Assembly (NCBI GenBank): GCA_963977525.1
Contig: CAXBPC010000016.1
Coordinates: 35,136 to 67,135 of the forward strand
DNA from: an uncultured Marinifilaceae bacterium
GTDB lineage: Bacteria > Bacteroidota > Bacteroidia > Bacteroidales > Marinifilaceae
Reading direction: 5' to 3'
Length of the DNA stretch: 32,000 nt
Below, in pieces: positions 1 through 8,112 of this stretch. The notes beneath the pieces are model-generated. The model was not told the DNA's origin, did no database searches, and saw nothing but the letters and a program-made list of their open reading frames with translations. Positions within the stretch are counted from its first letter, which is position 1. Every line of letters begins with the position of its first letter. The position numbers were made by a program, and so were the translations under genes.

Positions 1-774
1 CAAAATCAAGCACTTACAAATGTTACAAACGAAAAAGAAGTTGCACTAAACGATTTTGTAGCAACTCTAAATTCAATTGAAGAGAATCTTGAGGTTATTC
101 GAGAAAAAGAAAAAATTGTCGCTGTTAATTCTGAGAATCCTGACAAATCTCAGAAAACTAAAATTACAAGTACGCTTACTTCAATAAACGATATTTTGGA
201 GCAAAACCGTTTGAAGATTGATGATTTAGATAAGAAACTTAAGAATAGTTGGTATAAGAATTCAAAACTTAGAAAGCTTACCGAGAGATTGAAAAATGAC
301 GTTGCTAATAAGGAAGCTGATATTGTTATTCTACAAGAGAAAATTGCTGGCTTAGATATTAAAGTTGAAGGTTTAAATATACAGGTTGATGGCTTAAACA
401 CAAGTGTTACCGATTTAAGTGCGCAGAATGAAGAGAGTGCTAAGCTTATTGAAGAAAAAACGAACAGTTTAAATACAGCTTTCTACTTTGTTGGAACTGG
501 TTCTGATTTAAAAGAAAAGCAAATCGCTTCTAAAAAAGGTGGAATCATAGGTATTGGATCAGCAACTGTTTTAAATGAAAACTTTGATTCAAAAGAATTC
601 AAGCAAATAGATATCCGAGAAACTGCATTAATCCCAATCGAAGGAGAAAAGATTGATCTTATCACAACTCATCCGATAAGCTCATTTAAATTCGAAGCAG
701 GTAAAGGCTTATCAATTATAAATGTTGAGCAATTCTGGAAAAACTCTAAGTACTTAGTTATTAAGGTTCGATAA
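1..774 (+). CDS. Coiled-coil surface lipoprotein paralog (C-terminal part; 5-prime end lies outside the window)
   Basis: Frame 1 is open from nt 1 to the TAA at 772-774, so the TTG at 196 in the ORF track is internal. The translation is colinear with the full-length lipoprotein at 1098-1958, roughly 60-65% identical by eye. Shared blocks: LNSIEENLE, LDKKLKNSWY-NSKLRKLTERLK, LDIKVEGLN, GIIGIG-ATVLNEN, FWK-SK-LV-K-R. Confidence 0.75.
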   Translation, partial: QNQALTNVTNEKEVALNDFVATLNSIEENLEVIREKEKIVAVNSENPDKSQKTKITSTLTSINDILEQNRLKIDDLDKKLKNSWYKNSKLRKLTERLKNDVANKEADIVILQEKIAGLDIKVEGLNIQVDGLNTSVTDLSAQNEESAKLIEEKTNSLNTAFYFVGTGSDLKEKQIASKKGGIIGIGSATVLNENFDSKEFKQIDIRETALIPIEGEKIDLITTHPISSFKFEAGKGLSIINVEQFWKNSKYLVIKVR

Positions 775-801
775 CCAAACCGTACTGCTGCGCACTTTAT
801 A

Positions 802-835
802 GAAAGGTTGTCCTTTCAGATAGCCTTTCATTTTT
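802..835 (+). terminator. Weak or degenerate rho-independent terminator after the first paralog
   Basis: GAAAGG (802-807) can pair with CCTTTC at 812-817 or at 824-829, followed by A and TTTTT (831-835). The flanking AAGGTTGTCC...AGCCTTTC...TTTTT is homologous to the stronger terminator after the second paralog. Confidence 0.35.
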
Positions 836-1097
836 CCTAACATATATTTTTGCTTCAGTAAAACAATTGTGTTACATAATTGCGTATTCGCACCACAACT
901 ATGGGGAAATATTCCACAGCTTTAATTCACAACTAAGCATGTCGGTATTTTCAACAACACTTATTACACATCAAAAGACCCATAAACAGAGGGGTTTATA
1001 ATATTTAATCACAACTCAATTTTTCAAGATTACACTTTTGGCACAGTATTTATACTATACAAACTTGAATTTATTTTGAATATTGTATAATTAGAAC

Positions 1098-1958
1098 ATG
1101 ACTATGAAACGTATTATTATTGCATTATTGATCTTAACTTTTTTTGCTTCTTGTAACCAAAAAGAACTTGAACAACTAAAAGCTGACAAAGTACAACTAA
1201 CAGAAACACTTAAGCAAAAAGAAGTTTCTCTTAATGAGTTCGTATCTACTTTGAATTCTATCGAAGAGAATCTTGAGATCATTAAAGAAAAAGAGAAGAT
1301 TGTAGCTGTAGCTTCAGAGACTCCTACTAAATCTCAAAAGCAGAAAATTGCTAAGAATATCGCTTCTATCAACAATTTAATCGAGCAGAACAATGCTAAG
1401 ATTGCTGAGTTAGACAAGAAACTAAAGAATAGCTGGTACCAGAACTCTAAGTTGAGAAAATTAACTGAGCGTTTGAAAGCTGATGTTGCTCAAAAAGAAG
1501 CTGACATTGCTGCTATGAAAGAGCAAATCGCTCAACTTGATATTAAAGTTGAAGGATTAAACGAAAACGTTGCTAAATTAGATACTGCAGTTGCTGAGTT
1601 AACTACAGAGAATGCTGATCAAGCAAAAACTATTAGCGAAAGAACAACTTCTATGAACACTGCTTACTATGTAGTAGGTTCTAAATCTGAGTTAAAAGCT
1701 AAGAACGTAATCGCTAAGAAAGCTGGTATTATCGGAATCGGTGCTGCTACTGTTTTAAACGAGAACGCAGATACAAAAGAATTTAAAGAAATTGATATCA
1801 CTGAGACTACTATGATTCCTGTTGAAGGAAAGAAGATTACAATGGTAACCACTCACCCTGCAAACTCTTATAAGTTTGAAGAAGGTAAAGGAATTACTAT
1901 TACAAATGCTGATGCATTTTGGAAGTCTTCTAAATTCCTAGTAGTTAAGGCTCGATAA
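1098..1958 (+). CDS. Coiled-coil surface lipoprotein (full-length paralog)
   Basis: N-terminus MTMKRIIIALLILTFFASC is a signal peptide plus lipobox Cys. A long heptad-rich middle is followed by a conserved C-terminal domain (AYYVVGSKSELK...TTHPANSYKFE...FWKSSKFLVVKAR). Alanine codon choice is strongly biased (about 25 GCT vs 6 GCA, no GCC/GCG). From memory the architecture resembles Bacteroides Cbp1-type adhesin lipoproteins; this is unverified. Confidence 0.85.
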   Translation: MTMKRIIIALLILTFFASCNQKELEQLKADKVQLTETLKQKEVSLNEFVSTLNSIEENLEIIKEKEKIVAVASETPTKSQKQKIAKNIASINNLIEQNNAKIAELDKKLKNSWYQNSKLRKLTERLKADVAQKEADIAAMKEQIAQLDIKVEGLNENVAKLDTAVAELTTENADQAKTISERTTSMNTAYYVVGSKSELKAKNVIAKKAGIIGIGAATVLNENADTKEFKEIDITETTMIPVEGKKITMVTTHPANSYKFEEGKGITITNADAFWKSSKFLVVKAR

Positions 1959-1990
1959 TCAATACATGGTTGAGTTTTAAGGTTGTCCAA

Positions 1991-2027
1991 GAAAGGCTGT
2001 TCATTACGAACAGCCTTTCTTATTTTT
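1991..2027 (+). terminator. Rho-independent terminator
   Basis: Perfect 12-bp stem GAAAGGCTGTTC (1991-2002) / GAACAGCCTTTC (2008-2019), 5-nt loop, then TTATTTTT. Confidence 0.8.
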
Positions 2028-2127
2028 AGGCCTTTTCTATTTCCTCAATCACAAAAATCTAAAGCTTTGTTGCATTCTCTGAATTAATTAGTATTTTTAT
2101 TTATTCTAAATAAATAAAAATTCAATT

Positions 2128-2508
2128 ATGGACAAAGCACATAACGTCAATAAATTTTACGCTCTACTATTAATTCTTTTGGGATCATTCGGTTTTATCA
2201 TGAGATATGTAGAACTGGGCGACACACAATTTACAGCTCTTATTCCAGCCGTATTCGGGCTTATTCTATTAAGCTTTACTAATGGTATTAAAAATGAGAA
2301 TTCAGTAATAGGACACTTAGCAGGGGTTCTTACACTTGTGTTGGTTGTCATGTCAGCAGTGATGCTAACTAAAGGATTCATAGCTGAATTCAGCTTAGGA
2401 CGTAAGCAAATTATCTTCCTATTCGTTATTGCGGGAGGAGTTTACAGCTTACGAGCACAATTTCTCTATTTTAAGGCACAGCGCAGAAGAAAAGCTAAAT
2501 TGAAATAA
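2128..2508 (+). CDS. Small integral membrane protein, about 4 TM segments, unknown function
   Basis: 126-aa ATG ORF with four hydrophobic stretches (LLLILLGSFGFI, ALIPAVFGLILLSF, GVLTLVLVVMSAVML, IIFLFVIAGGVY) and a basic tail RRRKAKLK. A terminator follows. No recognisable catalytic motif. Confidence 0.7.
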   Translation: MDKAHNVNKFYALLLILLGSFGFIMRYVELGDTQFTALIPAVFGLILLSFTNGIKNENSVIGHLAGVLTLVLVVMSAVMLTKGFIAEFSLGRKQIIFLFVIAGGVYSLRAQFLYFKAQRRRKAKLK

Positions 2509-2530
2509 AACATTCGATATTGAAAAGATA

Positions 2531-2568
2531 AAATCCCGATCTACATTAGTAGGTCGGGATTTCTTTTG
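2531..2568 (+). terminator. Rho-independent terminator
   Basis: 13-bp stem AAATCCCGATCTA / TAGGTCGGGATTT (one G-U pair), 6-nt loop, then CTTTTG. Confidence 0.7.
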
Positions 2569-2637
2569 ATTCAAAAGCTTTTATATTGTCACAATTATCT
2601 ATACTTTGGATCCTGATTTTGATAAACAGAAGCTAGT

Positions 2638-2649
2638 TAAGTGAGTAGG
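2638..2649 (+). repeat. Left arm of the inverted repeat bracketing ORF 2693-3439 (TAAGTGAGTAGG)
   Basis: The reverse complement of 3558-3569 is TAAGTGAGTGGG, identical at 11 of 12 positions. Confidence 0.45.
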
Positions 2650-2692
2650 GATATAGGGGAGAGCTTTTTCAAACTATTTTAAATGTGTTCCT

Positions 2693-3439
2693 ATGTCAGA
2701 CCAACAAGCACTATTGGATATAATGGATGAAATTCAAGCTTTTCCTCAGAATAAAATTAAAAATTTCACCACGCCAATTGCTACCTATTTATACGAGGCT
2801 GATAACCTATACACCCGTGTAAGTCTCGATTTATCGCAACTAATAGAAGTTGGTATGTCGGCAGATTTACCCGACAGGCTGAAACATCTCACCACAACAC
2901 TTCGACGTGCGCAGGTAAATTGGGAAGAGTTGAAAACCGTGAAACAAAAAGCTCAAGTCATTTGGAAACGAGAATCGGATACCTTCTACGAACTTCGTAA
3001 AGATTTACTCGAAGGGATGAGTTTTGCATACCGAAAGGATGAAAATCTGATGCGACGTTTAAGAGAAATTAAAAAGGGGCGCAATCAAGCCGATGCAGTC
3101 CAGGATTTATCGCAACTAGCCGTACTTTCGAAAGCTAATATACAGCCTTTAGAGGCCATTCATTTTGACATCAGCCTTTGCGACAAGGCCGCCAACGAAG
3201 CCAGCAGAATAGCTCATCTTTTAGGGGCAGTTAACGGGCATTTGTATGTCGACGACGAAATTAAAGTCACACGAGATAAAGCTTATAGTTTGCTGAAAGA
3301 AGTGGTAGACGAGTTGCGTGCCTATGGTCGTTTTGCTTTTAGAAAGCAGCCTGACCAGAAAAAGTCTTACACAAGCTCATATATCCACAAACGAAATACT
3401 ATTTACCGAAAAAATAAGAAATCATTACTTGAGGAATAG
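2693..3439 (+). CDS. Hypothetical protein, 248 aa, apparently all-helical, no recognised family
   Basis: Clean ATG ORF with a charged heptad-like composition and a basic C-terminal tail. Several hand-counted 60-nt lines inside it are 47-55% G+C, against 28-38% in lines from neighbouring genes. It is convergent with the mevalonate operon. Confidence 0.65.
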   Translation: MSDQQALLDIMDEIQAFPQNKIKNFTTPIATYLYEADNLYTRVSLDLSQLIEVGMSADLPDRLKHLTTTLRRAQVNWEELKTVKQKAQVIWKRESDTFYELRKDLLEGMSFAYRKDENLMRRLREIKKGRNQADAVQDLSQLAVLSKANIQPLEAIHFDISLCDKAANEASRIAHLLGAVNGHLYVDDEIKVTRDKAYSLLKEVVDELRAYGRFAFRKQPDQKKSYTSSYIHKRNTIYRKNKKSLLEE

Positions 3440-3557
3440 CATAAAAGGATGCTCTGGAGAGAGGAAAATCAGTTTTTCTCATCAACAATTCCTATTTGTT
3501 CTGATGCGACATGCTTCTGCTTACAAGTTATATCCAATTTCTTATCAACATTGTTTA

Positions 3558-3569
3558 CCCACTCACTTA
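3558..3569 (-). repeat. Right arm of the inverted repeat bracketing ORF 2693-3439
   Basis: CCCACTCACTTA on the + strand is TAAGTGAGTGGG on the - strand. It pairs with 2638-2649. Confidence 0.45.
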
Positions 3570-3623
3570 CAAGACTTATTTGCTCACAACACAACGCATT
3601 ACACTTAAAGACAGGAATGAAAA

Positions 3624-3655
3624 TAAGTGAGACAGACTAGTTTCGCAAGTGAGAT
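3624..3655 (+). repeat. Two direct AAGTGAGA copies, 22 nt apart
   Basis: AAGTGAGA occurs at 3626-3633 and 3648-3655. The first is extended to TAAGTGAG (3624-3631), matching the core of the inverted repeat. Related ATGAGACAG is at 3670 and GTGAGA at 3754. Confidence 0.4.
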
Positions 3656-3804
3656 AAATAGATTTGATCATGAGACAGGTCTGTTCGTTTATAAGCAGAA
3701 GATACAAACATATGAACAAAAGTTATCGTACACCGATACAATGTGAATTGTCAGTGAGAAAATCCCCTTGGCCCTCCATAGTATAGAATCAAGAAATAAA
3801 CGGA

Positions 3805-4758
3805 TTAGTTGTTCTGATAAACGGTAACGATCTTGTGGCCTTCAGCCTTAAGAATTTCCTGAGTTTGGCTGTAGTTTTGAGTGAATCCCAATAGAAAGCC
3901 ACCACCACCAGAACCACAAAGCTTAAGAGAAAACATCTTATTTTCGAGCCCAAGCTCCCATATAGAGAGAAATTCGTCAGGAATCATAGAACGGAAATGT
4001 TCCAACTGGAAACCCGATAGCTTCGCTACATTATTAAAGAAAGGTGTAGATTCACCTTTGATCAACTCTTGAATGCAGCTGTTGTTGAGTGGTATAAATT
4101 CCTGTTTTATTTGCTCTGAATAATCTTCCTCGTCGCAAGATTTTAGAAAAGCCTTAACCAAAGGTGCGGTATTGCCCTGCTTATCGGTATCAACCAAAAA
4201 GATGGCGCTATCCTGTCCAAACTTACGTCCTGGCAAAGTAACAAGTTCTATTTTCTTCGAATTATGAATTAACAAAGGAATCTTGAGGTAAGAATTTAAG
4301 GGGTCTAAACCTGAGCTTTGACCATGGAAACCCGATTCTAATTGAGAGAATAGAGTTTTCAATTCAGTAATTTGTTCTGGTCGAATAATTCTATTATTTG
4401 GTATCGCCTTTAGTGCATATTTTTTATAGATAGCCGCGCACAAAGCACCAGAACTACCCAAACCATAGCTTTCTGGAATGCTCGATTCGAAATATAAACC
4501 TTTGGCAATATCCTTTTTTAAAGCCTCGATATGAATAAAGGAATCAAGCTGCATTTCTTCTATATACTCACAAAACTTAATAAGCTCCTCATTCGATCGG
4601 CGAGCAAAAAGTCTGTCGGTGTATTTATTCTCATCAATAAAACTCAACTCTCCTTTAAAATGCGTGTACGGAATACTCAATCCCATAGAATTGAATAGAA
4701 CAGCATACTCCCCAAAGAGTAAAATTTTAGCGTAATATTGTTCGGGTCTATGATTCAT
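3805..4758 (-). CDS. mvk: Mevalonate kinase (GHMP kinase family)
   Basis: KILLFGEYAVL N-terminal motif, GHMP motif PESYGLGSSGALCAAI, mevalonate-kinase-type HGQSSGLDPLNS, and C-terminal KLCGSGGGGFLLGF. It is the last gene of a tightly packed operon, 9 nt after the decarboxylase gene. Confidence 0.8.
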   Translation of the reverse strand: MNHRPEQYYAKILLFGEYAVLFNSMGLSIPYTHFKGELSFIDENKYTDRLFARRSNEELIKFCEYIEEMQLDSFIHIEALKKDIAKGLYFESSIPESYGLGSSGALCAAIYKKYALKAIPNNRIIRPEQITELKTLFSQLESGFHGQSSGLDPLNSYLKIPLLIHNSKKIELVTLPGRKFGQDSAIFLVDTDKQGNTAPLVKAFLKSCDEEDYSEQIKQEFIPLNNSCIQELIKGESTPFFNNVAKLSGFQLEHFRSMIPDEFLSIWELGLENKMFSLKLCGSGGGGFLLGFTQNYSQTQEILKAEGHKIVTVYQNN

Positions 4759-4767
4759 TGCAAAGTT

Positions 4768-5805
4768 TTATTTAATTCTCTTAGGTCCGTCTCCCATACC
4801 ATCCTGTATGTATTTCCCATCTTCCAAAAGCTCAACTAGGTTTTGCTTAATGAAATTCAGAATAACATTTTCGTCAGATTTAGGATATAAAAGGTGAATA
4901 TTTGGACCAGCATCCAATGTAAAACATAAAGGTATTTGCGTAGTCTCCCTAAAATTCTTAATTCGCTCTATGGCGATTAGCGTATTCGGTTTTAATAAGG
5001 TGTACGATGGATTTGAACTCATCATTAGACCATGTAAACTAAGTGCTTCATTCTCGACAATAGCAGCGAATTCATGAAAATCACCTCGCTCTAAAACAAG
5101 CAATAAGTCAGACATATTTAATCGTGCCTGCTGAAAACGAGCACTTGCATAAGGATGTTCATTCATAAGCTCGTGACCTGCCGAACTCGATACTTTCTTA
5201 GCCGATGAATCTATTAGTAAAATTGTATCCTGTAGATCCTGAAAGGTTGGATGAACAGTCCCCTTTAAAGGTGTTGCATAATAATTTGAACTATCAGAAA
5301 CACCTTCTAAATCGCCCCAAGTTGCATAATTGCCGAATATAGATCGCGAAGCACTTCCCGACCCTAGACGAGCCATTTCACTAGCTTTTTTAAAGAAGAA
5401 ATCTTTTGGCATCTCCATTTCGTCTATGGTCTCTTGCATAGAACAAAGGCATAGAGCCAAGGCACTCATTGCTGATGCCGAACTGGCAATACCCGCCGAA
5501 TGTGGAAAAGTATTTGAGCTCGATATTTTAAGTTGATATTTAGTTACACAAGGTACATCGTTCGAGACCGCAGCAATAAATTTGCTCAACCTATCTTCAA
5601 AGGCTTTATTCTCTTTCCCTTCGAAAAGATAAATGAGATTTTTCTCTCCATTTTTTTTAGGCGAATAGGTAAGTTCGAAGCGAGAAACAGACGCTTTCAA
5701 ACTCATGCTTAAAGAAGGATTGCGTGGCAATTGCACCCCCATTTTTCCCCAATATTTAATTAGAGCTATATTAGATGGGCTTTCCCAAATGATCGTATTT
5801 TCCAT
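4768..5805 (-). CDS. mvaD: Diphosphomevalonate decarboxylase
   Basis: SPSNIALIKYWGK, NTFPHSAGIASSASAMSALA and ARLGSGSASRSI motifs typical of MVD/MDD. 345 aa. Confidence 0.9.
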   Translation of the reverse strand: MENTIIWESPSNIALIKYWGKMGVQLPRNPSLSMSLKASVSRFELTYSPKKNGEKNLIYLFEGKENKAFEDRLSKFIAAVSNDVPCVTKYQLKISSSNTFPHSAGIASSASAMSALALCLCSMQETIDEMEMPKDFFFKKASEMARLGSGSASRSIFGNYATWGDLEGVSDSSNYYATPLKGTVHPTFQDLQDTILLIDSSAKKVSSSAGHELMNEHPYASARFQQARLNMSDLLLVLERGDFHEFAAIVENEALSLHGLMMSSNPSYTLLKPNTLIAIERIKNFRETTQIPLCFTLDAGPNIHLLYPKSDENVILNFIKQNLVELLEDGKYIQDGMGDGPKRIK

Positions 5806-5823
5806 TCTACTAAATTTCTTTTT

Positions 5824-6759
5824 TTACAAATCAGCTTCATCTTCGAGCACCATATTATCCCAAGCAATAAGGGTGTTTAAGCCTTTAGATTTAAAATAAT
5901 TTGTTAATGTTTCTTTATCCCAATCGCTTCGGACCATGGCAAAATCACCTCCCCAAGCTCCTAAGGATTTTATCGATCCTTCAAAATCGGAGAAAGCCAA
6001 TTTCTTAATGCTTGGCAAGCCTAATAAGTTTGAAGTAATAGCCTCATGTTCTCCAATAATCTTATCGAATTCGATAGCCGATTCAGTATCTAAAAGATGT
6101 AATGACAAGCTTGATATCTCCTGAATTTCACGCGTATAATCTCTGTCTTGAGCTAAGAATCGTTTAACCTCATCCTCCGACTTTTGCTTTTTTCCCAAAT
6201 ACAGAAAGTAGATTTGATCTTTAAATTCTGGTGAGAAAATACAAGCTTCAGTCCAAATTTTGTCCTCGACTCTCTGAAAAAGGATGGGTGTATTACTCTG
6301 CGCACAGGCAATGTCATAGCCCGATGCTTTTGATACTTTAGCAAGCAAATCGAAGGCATCAACTTTTGCCCATTGTGCAATATTGTTAATTAATGTAGAG
6401 CTAGAGCCTAAGCCCCAATCTCTTTTAAAATTCAGATGTGTTTCTAACTTATAATTTGCTCCATTAAGAAAATCGGGATTCATCGATAAAGCTTGTTTTA
6501 AAAGCTCAGCAATAAATCGTTTTTCTTCGGATAGATTTTCACTTGCCTTTAAAATTTCTTCTGATGAGAGTTTAAAGTTCAACCACTCAATATCATTCTC
6601 ATAAGCCTGCCAAATCAGTCCTTTATCCGCATTGGGATGCACTGCCAGCGATTGCCCATACTGGGTTGGAACTCCTAAAGACAAGGCGCCTTTCAGCACC
6701 AAATACTCTGCAGTAATTAGGAGTTTCCCATTCGAATAAAAAAACTGTGATCGATCCAA
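5824..6759 (-). CDS. GYDIA-family GHMP kinase (candidate phosphomevalonate kinase)
   Basis: Contains the literal GYDIA motif (KASGYDIACAQ), the GHMP motif DWGLGSSSTLINNIA, N-terminal SNGKLLITAEYLVL and C-terminal LGAWGGDFAMV. The start codon is TTG at 6759, 8 nt after the HMG-CoA reductase stop, and no in-frame ATG precedes the conserved N-terminus. Confidence 0.85.
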   Translation of the reverse strand: MDRSQFFYSNGKLLITAEYLVLKGALSLGVPTQYGQSLAVHPNADKGLIWQAYENDIEWLNFKLSSEEILKASENLSEEKRFIAELLKQALSMNPDFLNGANYKLETHLNFKRDWGLGSSSTLINNIAQWAKVDAFDLLAKVSKASGYDIACAQSNTPILFQRVEDKIWTEACIFSPEFKDQIYFLYLGKKQKSEDEVKRFLAQDRDYTREIQEISSLSLHLLDTESAIEFDKIIGEHEAITSNLLGLPSIKKLAFSDFEGSIKSLGAWGGDFAMVRSDWDKETLTNYFKSKGLNTLIAWDNMVLEDEADL

Positions 6760-6766
6760 AACCTTG

Positions 6767-8092
6767 TTATTTTGTGTTTCTAATTGTATTCAAAAAGTTT
6801 TCAACCTCGCTATAACTAACGGTTGATTTAGCAAATCGGGTTTTTGCCATCAGCTTTTCAGCCTTATTGGCATTAAAGGCATTCAGCAAGTTTGACAAAT
6901 GCATTTTCATATGTCCATGTTGAATTCCCGTAGTTACCAGAGAACGAATGGCTCCAAAATTATTTGCCAATCCCGAAGCAGCTGTCATCATCATAAGTTC
7001 CTTTGCCGAAGGATCACCTAGAAGTTCAAGTCCTAGTTTTGCCAAAGGATGAAGCTTGGTTAAACCACCAACTGTACCCAGTGAAAGTGGTAATTTCAGT
7101 TCATATCTAAAGCGACCATTGCTTATATCAGCCTTGGTCAAACTTTTGTATTTTCCTGTTTGCGATGCCCAAACATGAGCATTAGCCTCAACAGCTCTAA
7201 AGTCATTACCTGTTGCCAATGCCACAGCATCGACCCCATTCATAATACCTTTATTGTGTGTGCAAGCTCTGTAAACGTCGAGCTCGGCAATTTGTGTTGC
7301 TTTCAAAAATTTCTTGGCAAAAACCTCACCTGTCATGCCATCATAAACACCATCTAAATCCTTAATATCACACTCAATCCAGCATTCTACAAGACAGTCT
7401 GGTGTATAGTTTGATAATATGGACATGATGATCTCACACTCGCGCTCCTCATCCGTCCAATCCTTCTGGCTTTGAATAAAAGTTTGCAATGTGCTTGCCA
7501 TCATCTCTAAACAGGAGTTGATAAAATTAGCACCCATGGCATCGAGCGTATCAAAGCTGACATGCAACTGGTGATAGTTCTCCAGTTCATGACTCATATC
7601 AATTAAAGACAAGTCTAGAATACCTCCACCACGACGTCGCATATTAGTTGTCAGGCTATGTGTTGCGCACATCAGTTCTTTCTTCAAGTCAGGAAAAGCT
7701 TGCTTTAAACGGTCGCTCTTCCCATTCCATGAAAAATGAACCTGCCCAGTTTTTTCAACTGATACAACCTTTGCCTTAAAACCACCACGACTAGCCCAAA
7801 ACTTAGCTGAACGTGAAGCTGCTGCAATAACAGAGCTTTCCTCAGTAACCATAGGTAGATGATACACTTTATCGTTTATCACGAAATTAGGTGAGATTCC
7901 AAATGGCAAAAAGAAATTTGATAATGTATTTTCACTAATCTCATCCAACAAATTCTGCTGCTCTAGATCATTCAATCTGAAATAATCTAAATCGGCTTCA
8001 ATTTGCGCACCTTTCCCACTTATCTCTCCCAGGTACCTTAACTTTTCAATACGCGAAAGCTTCGAAAAACCTTTTATTATCTTATTGTCCAT
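6767..8092 (-). CDS. mvaA: Hydroxymethylglutaryl-CoA reductase, class II type
   Basis: 441 aa and soluble, with no membrane anchor. Motifs MVTEESSVIAAAS, DAMGANFINS and GTVGG. Size and motifs fit class II HMGR. Confidence 0.9.
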   Translation of the reverse strand: MDNKIIKGFSKLSRIEKLRYLGEISGKGAQIEADLDYFRLNDLEQQNLLDEISENTLSNFFLPFGISPNFVINDKVYHLPMVTEESSVIAAASRSAKFWASRGGFKAKVVSVEKTGQVHFSWNGKSDRLKQAFPDLKKELMCATHSLTTNMRRRGGGILDLSLIDMSHELENYHQLHVSFDTLDAMGANFINSCLEMMASTLQTFIQSQKDWTDEERECEIIMSILSNYTPDCLVECWIECDIKDLDGVYDGMTGEVFAKKFLKATQIAELDVYRACTHNKGIMNGVDAVALATGNDFRAVEANAHVWASQTGKYKSLTKADISNGRFRYELKLPLSLGTVGGLTKLHPLAKLGLELLGDPSAKELMMMTAASGLANNFGAIRSLVTTGIQHGHMKMHLSNLLNAFNANKAEKLMAKTRFAKSTVSYSEVENFLNTIRNTK

Positions 8093-8112
8093 AAGGATAT
8101 TAATTTTCTATA

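Noticed and set aside
150-665. Antisense ORFs 150-401 and 483-665, and likewise 1091-1282 and 1667-1852 in the second paralog
   Set aside because: They are mirror-strand frames of repetitive coiled-coil coding sequence. They occur at equivalent positions in both paralogs only because the sense genes are homologous, and their translations are Ser/Phe/Ile-rich nonsense.
3318-3640. Plus-strand ORFs 3318-3608 (96 aa) and 3449-3640 (63 aa) in and after the 3-prime end of the 248-aa gene
   Set aside because: They overlap each other and the end of a better ORF in other frames. Their translations are Ser/Leu/Cys/His/Thr-rich and low in complexity, with no motif, and they cover the motif-array spacer. 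I treat the region as non-coding.
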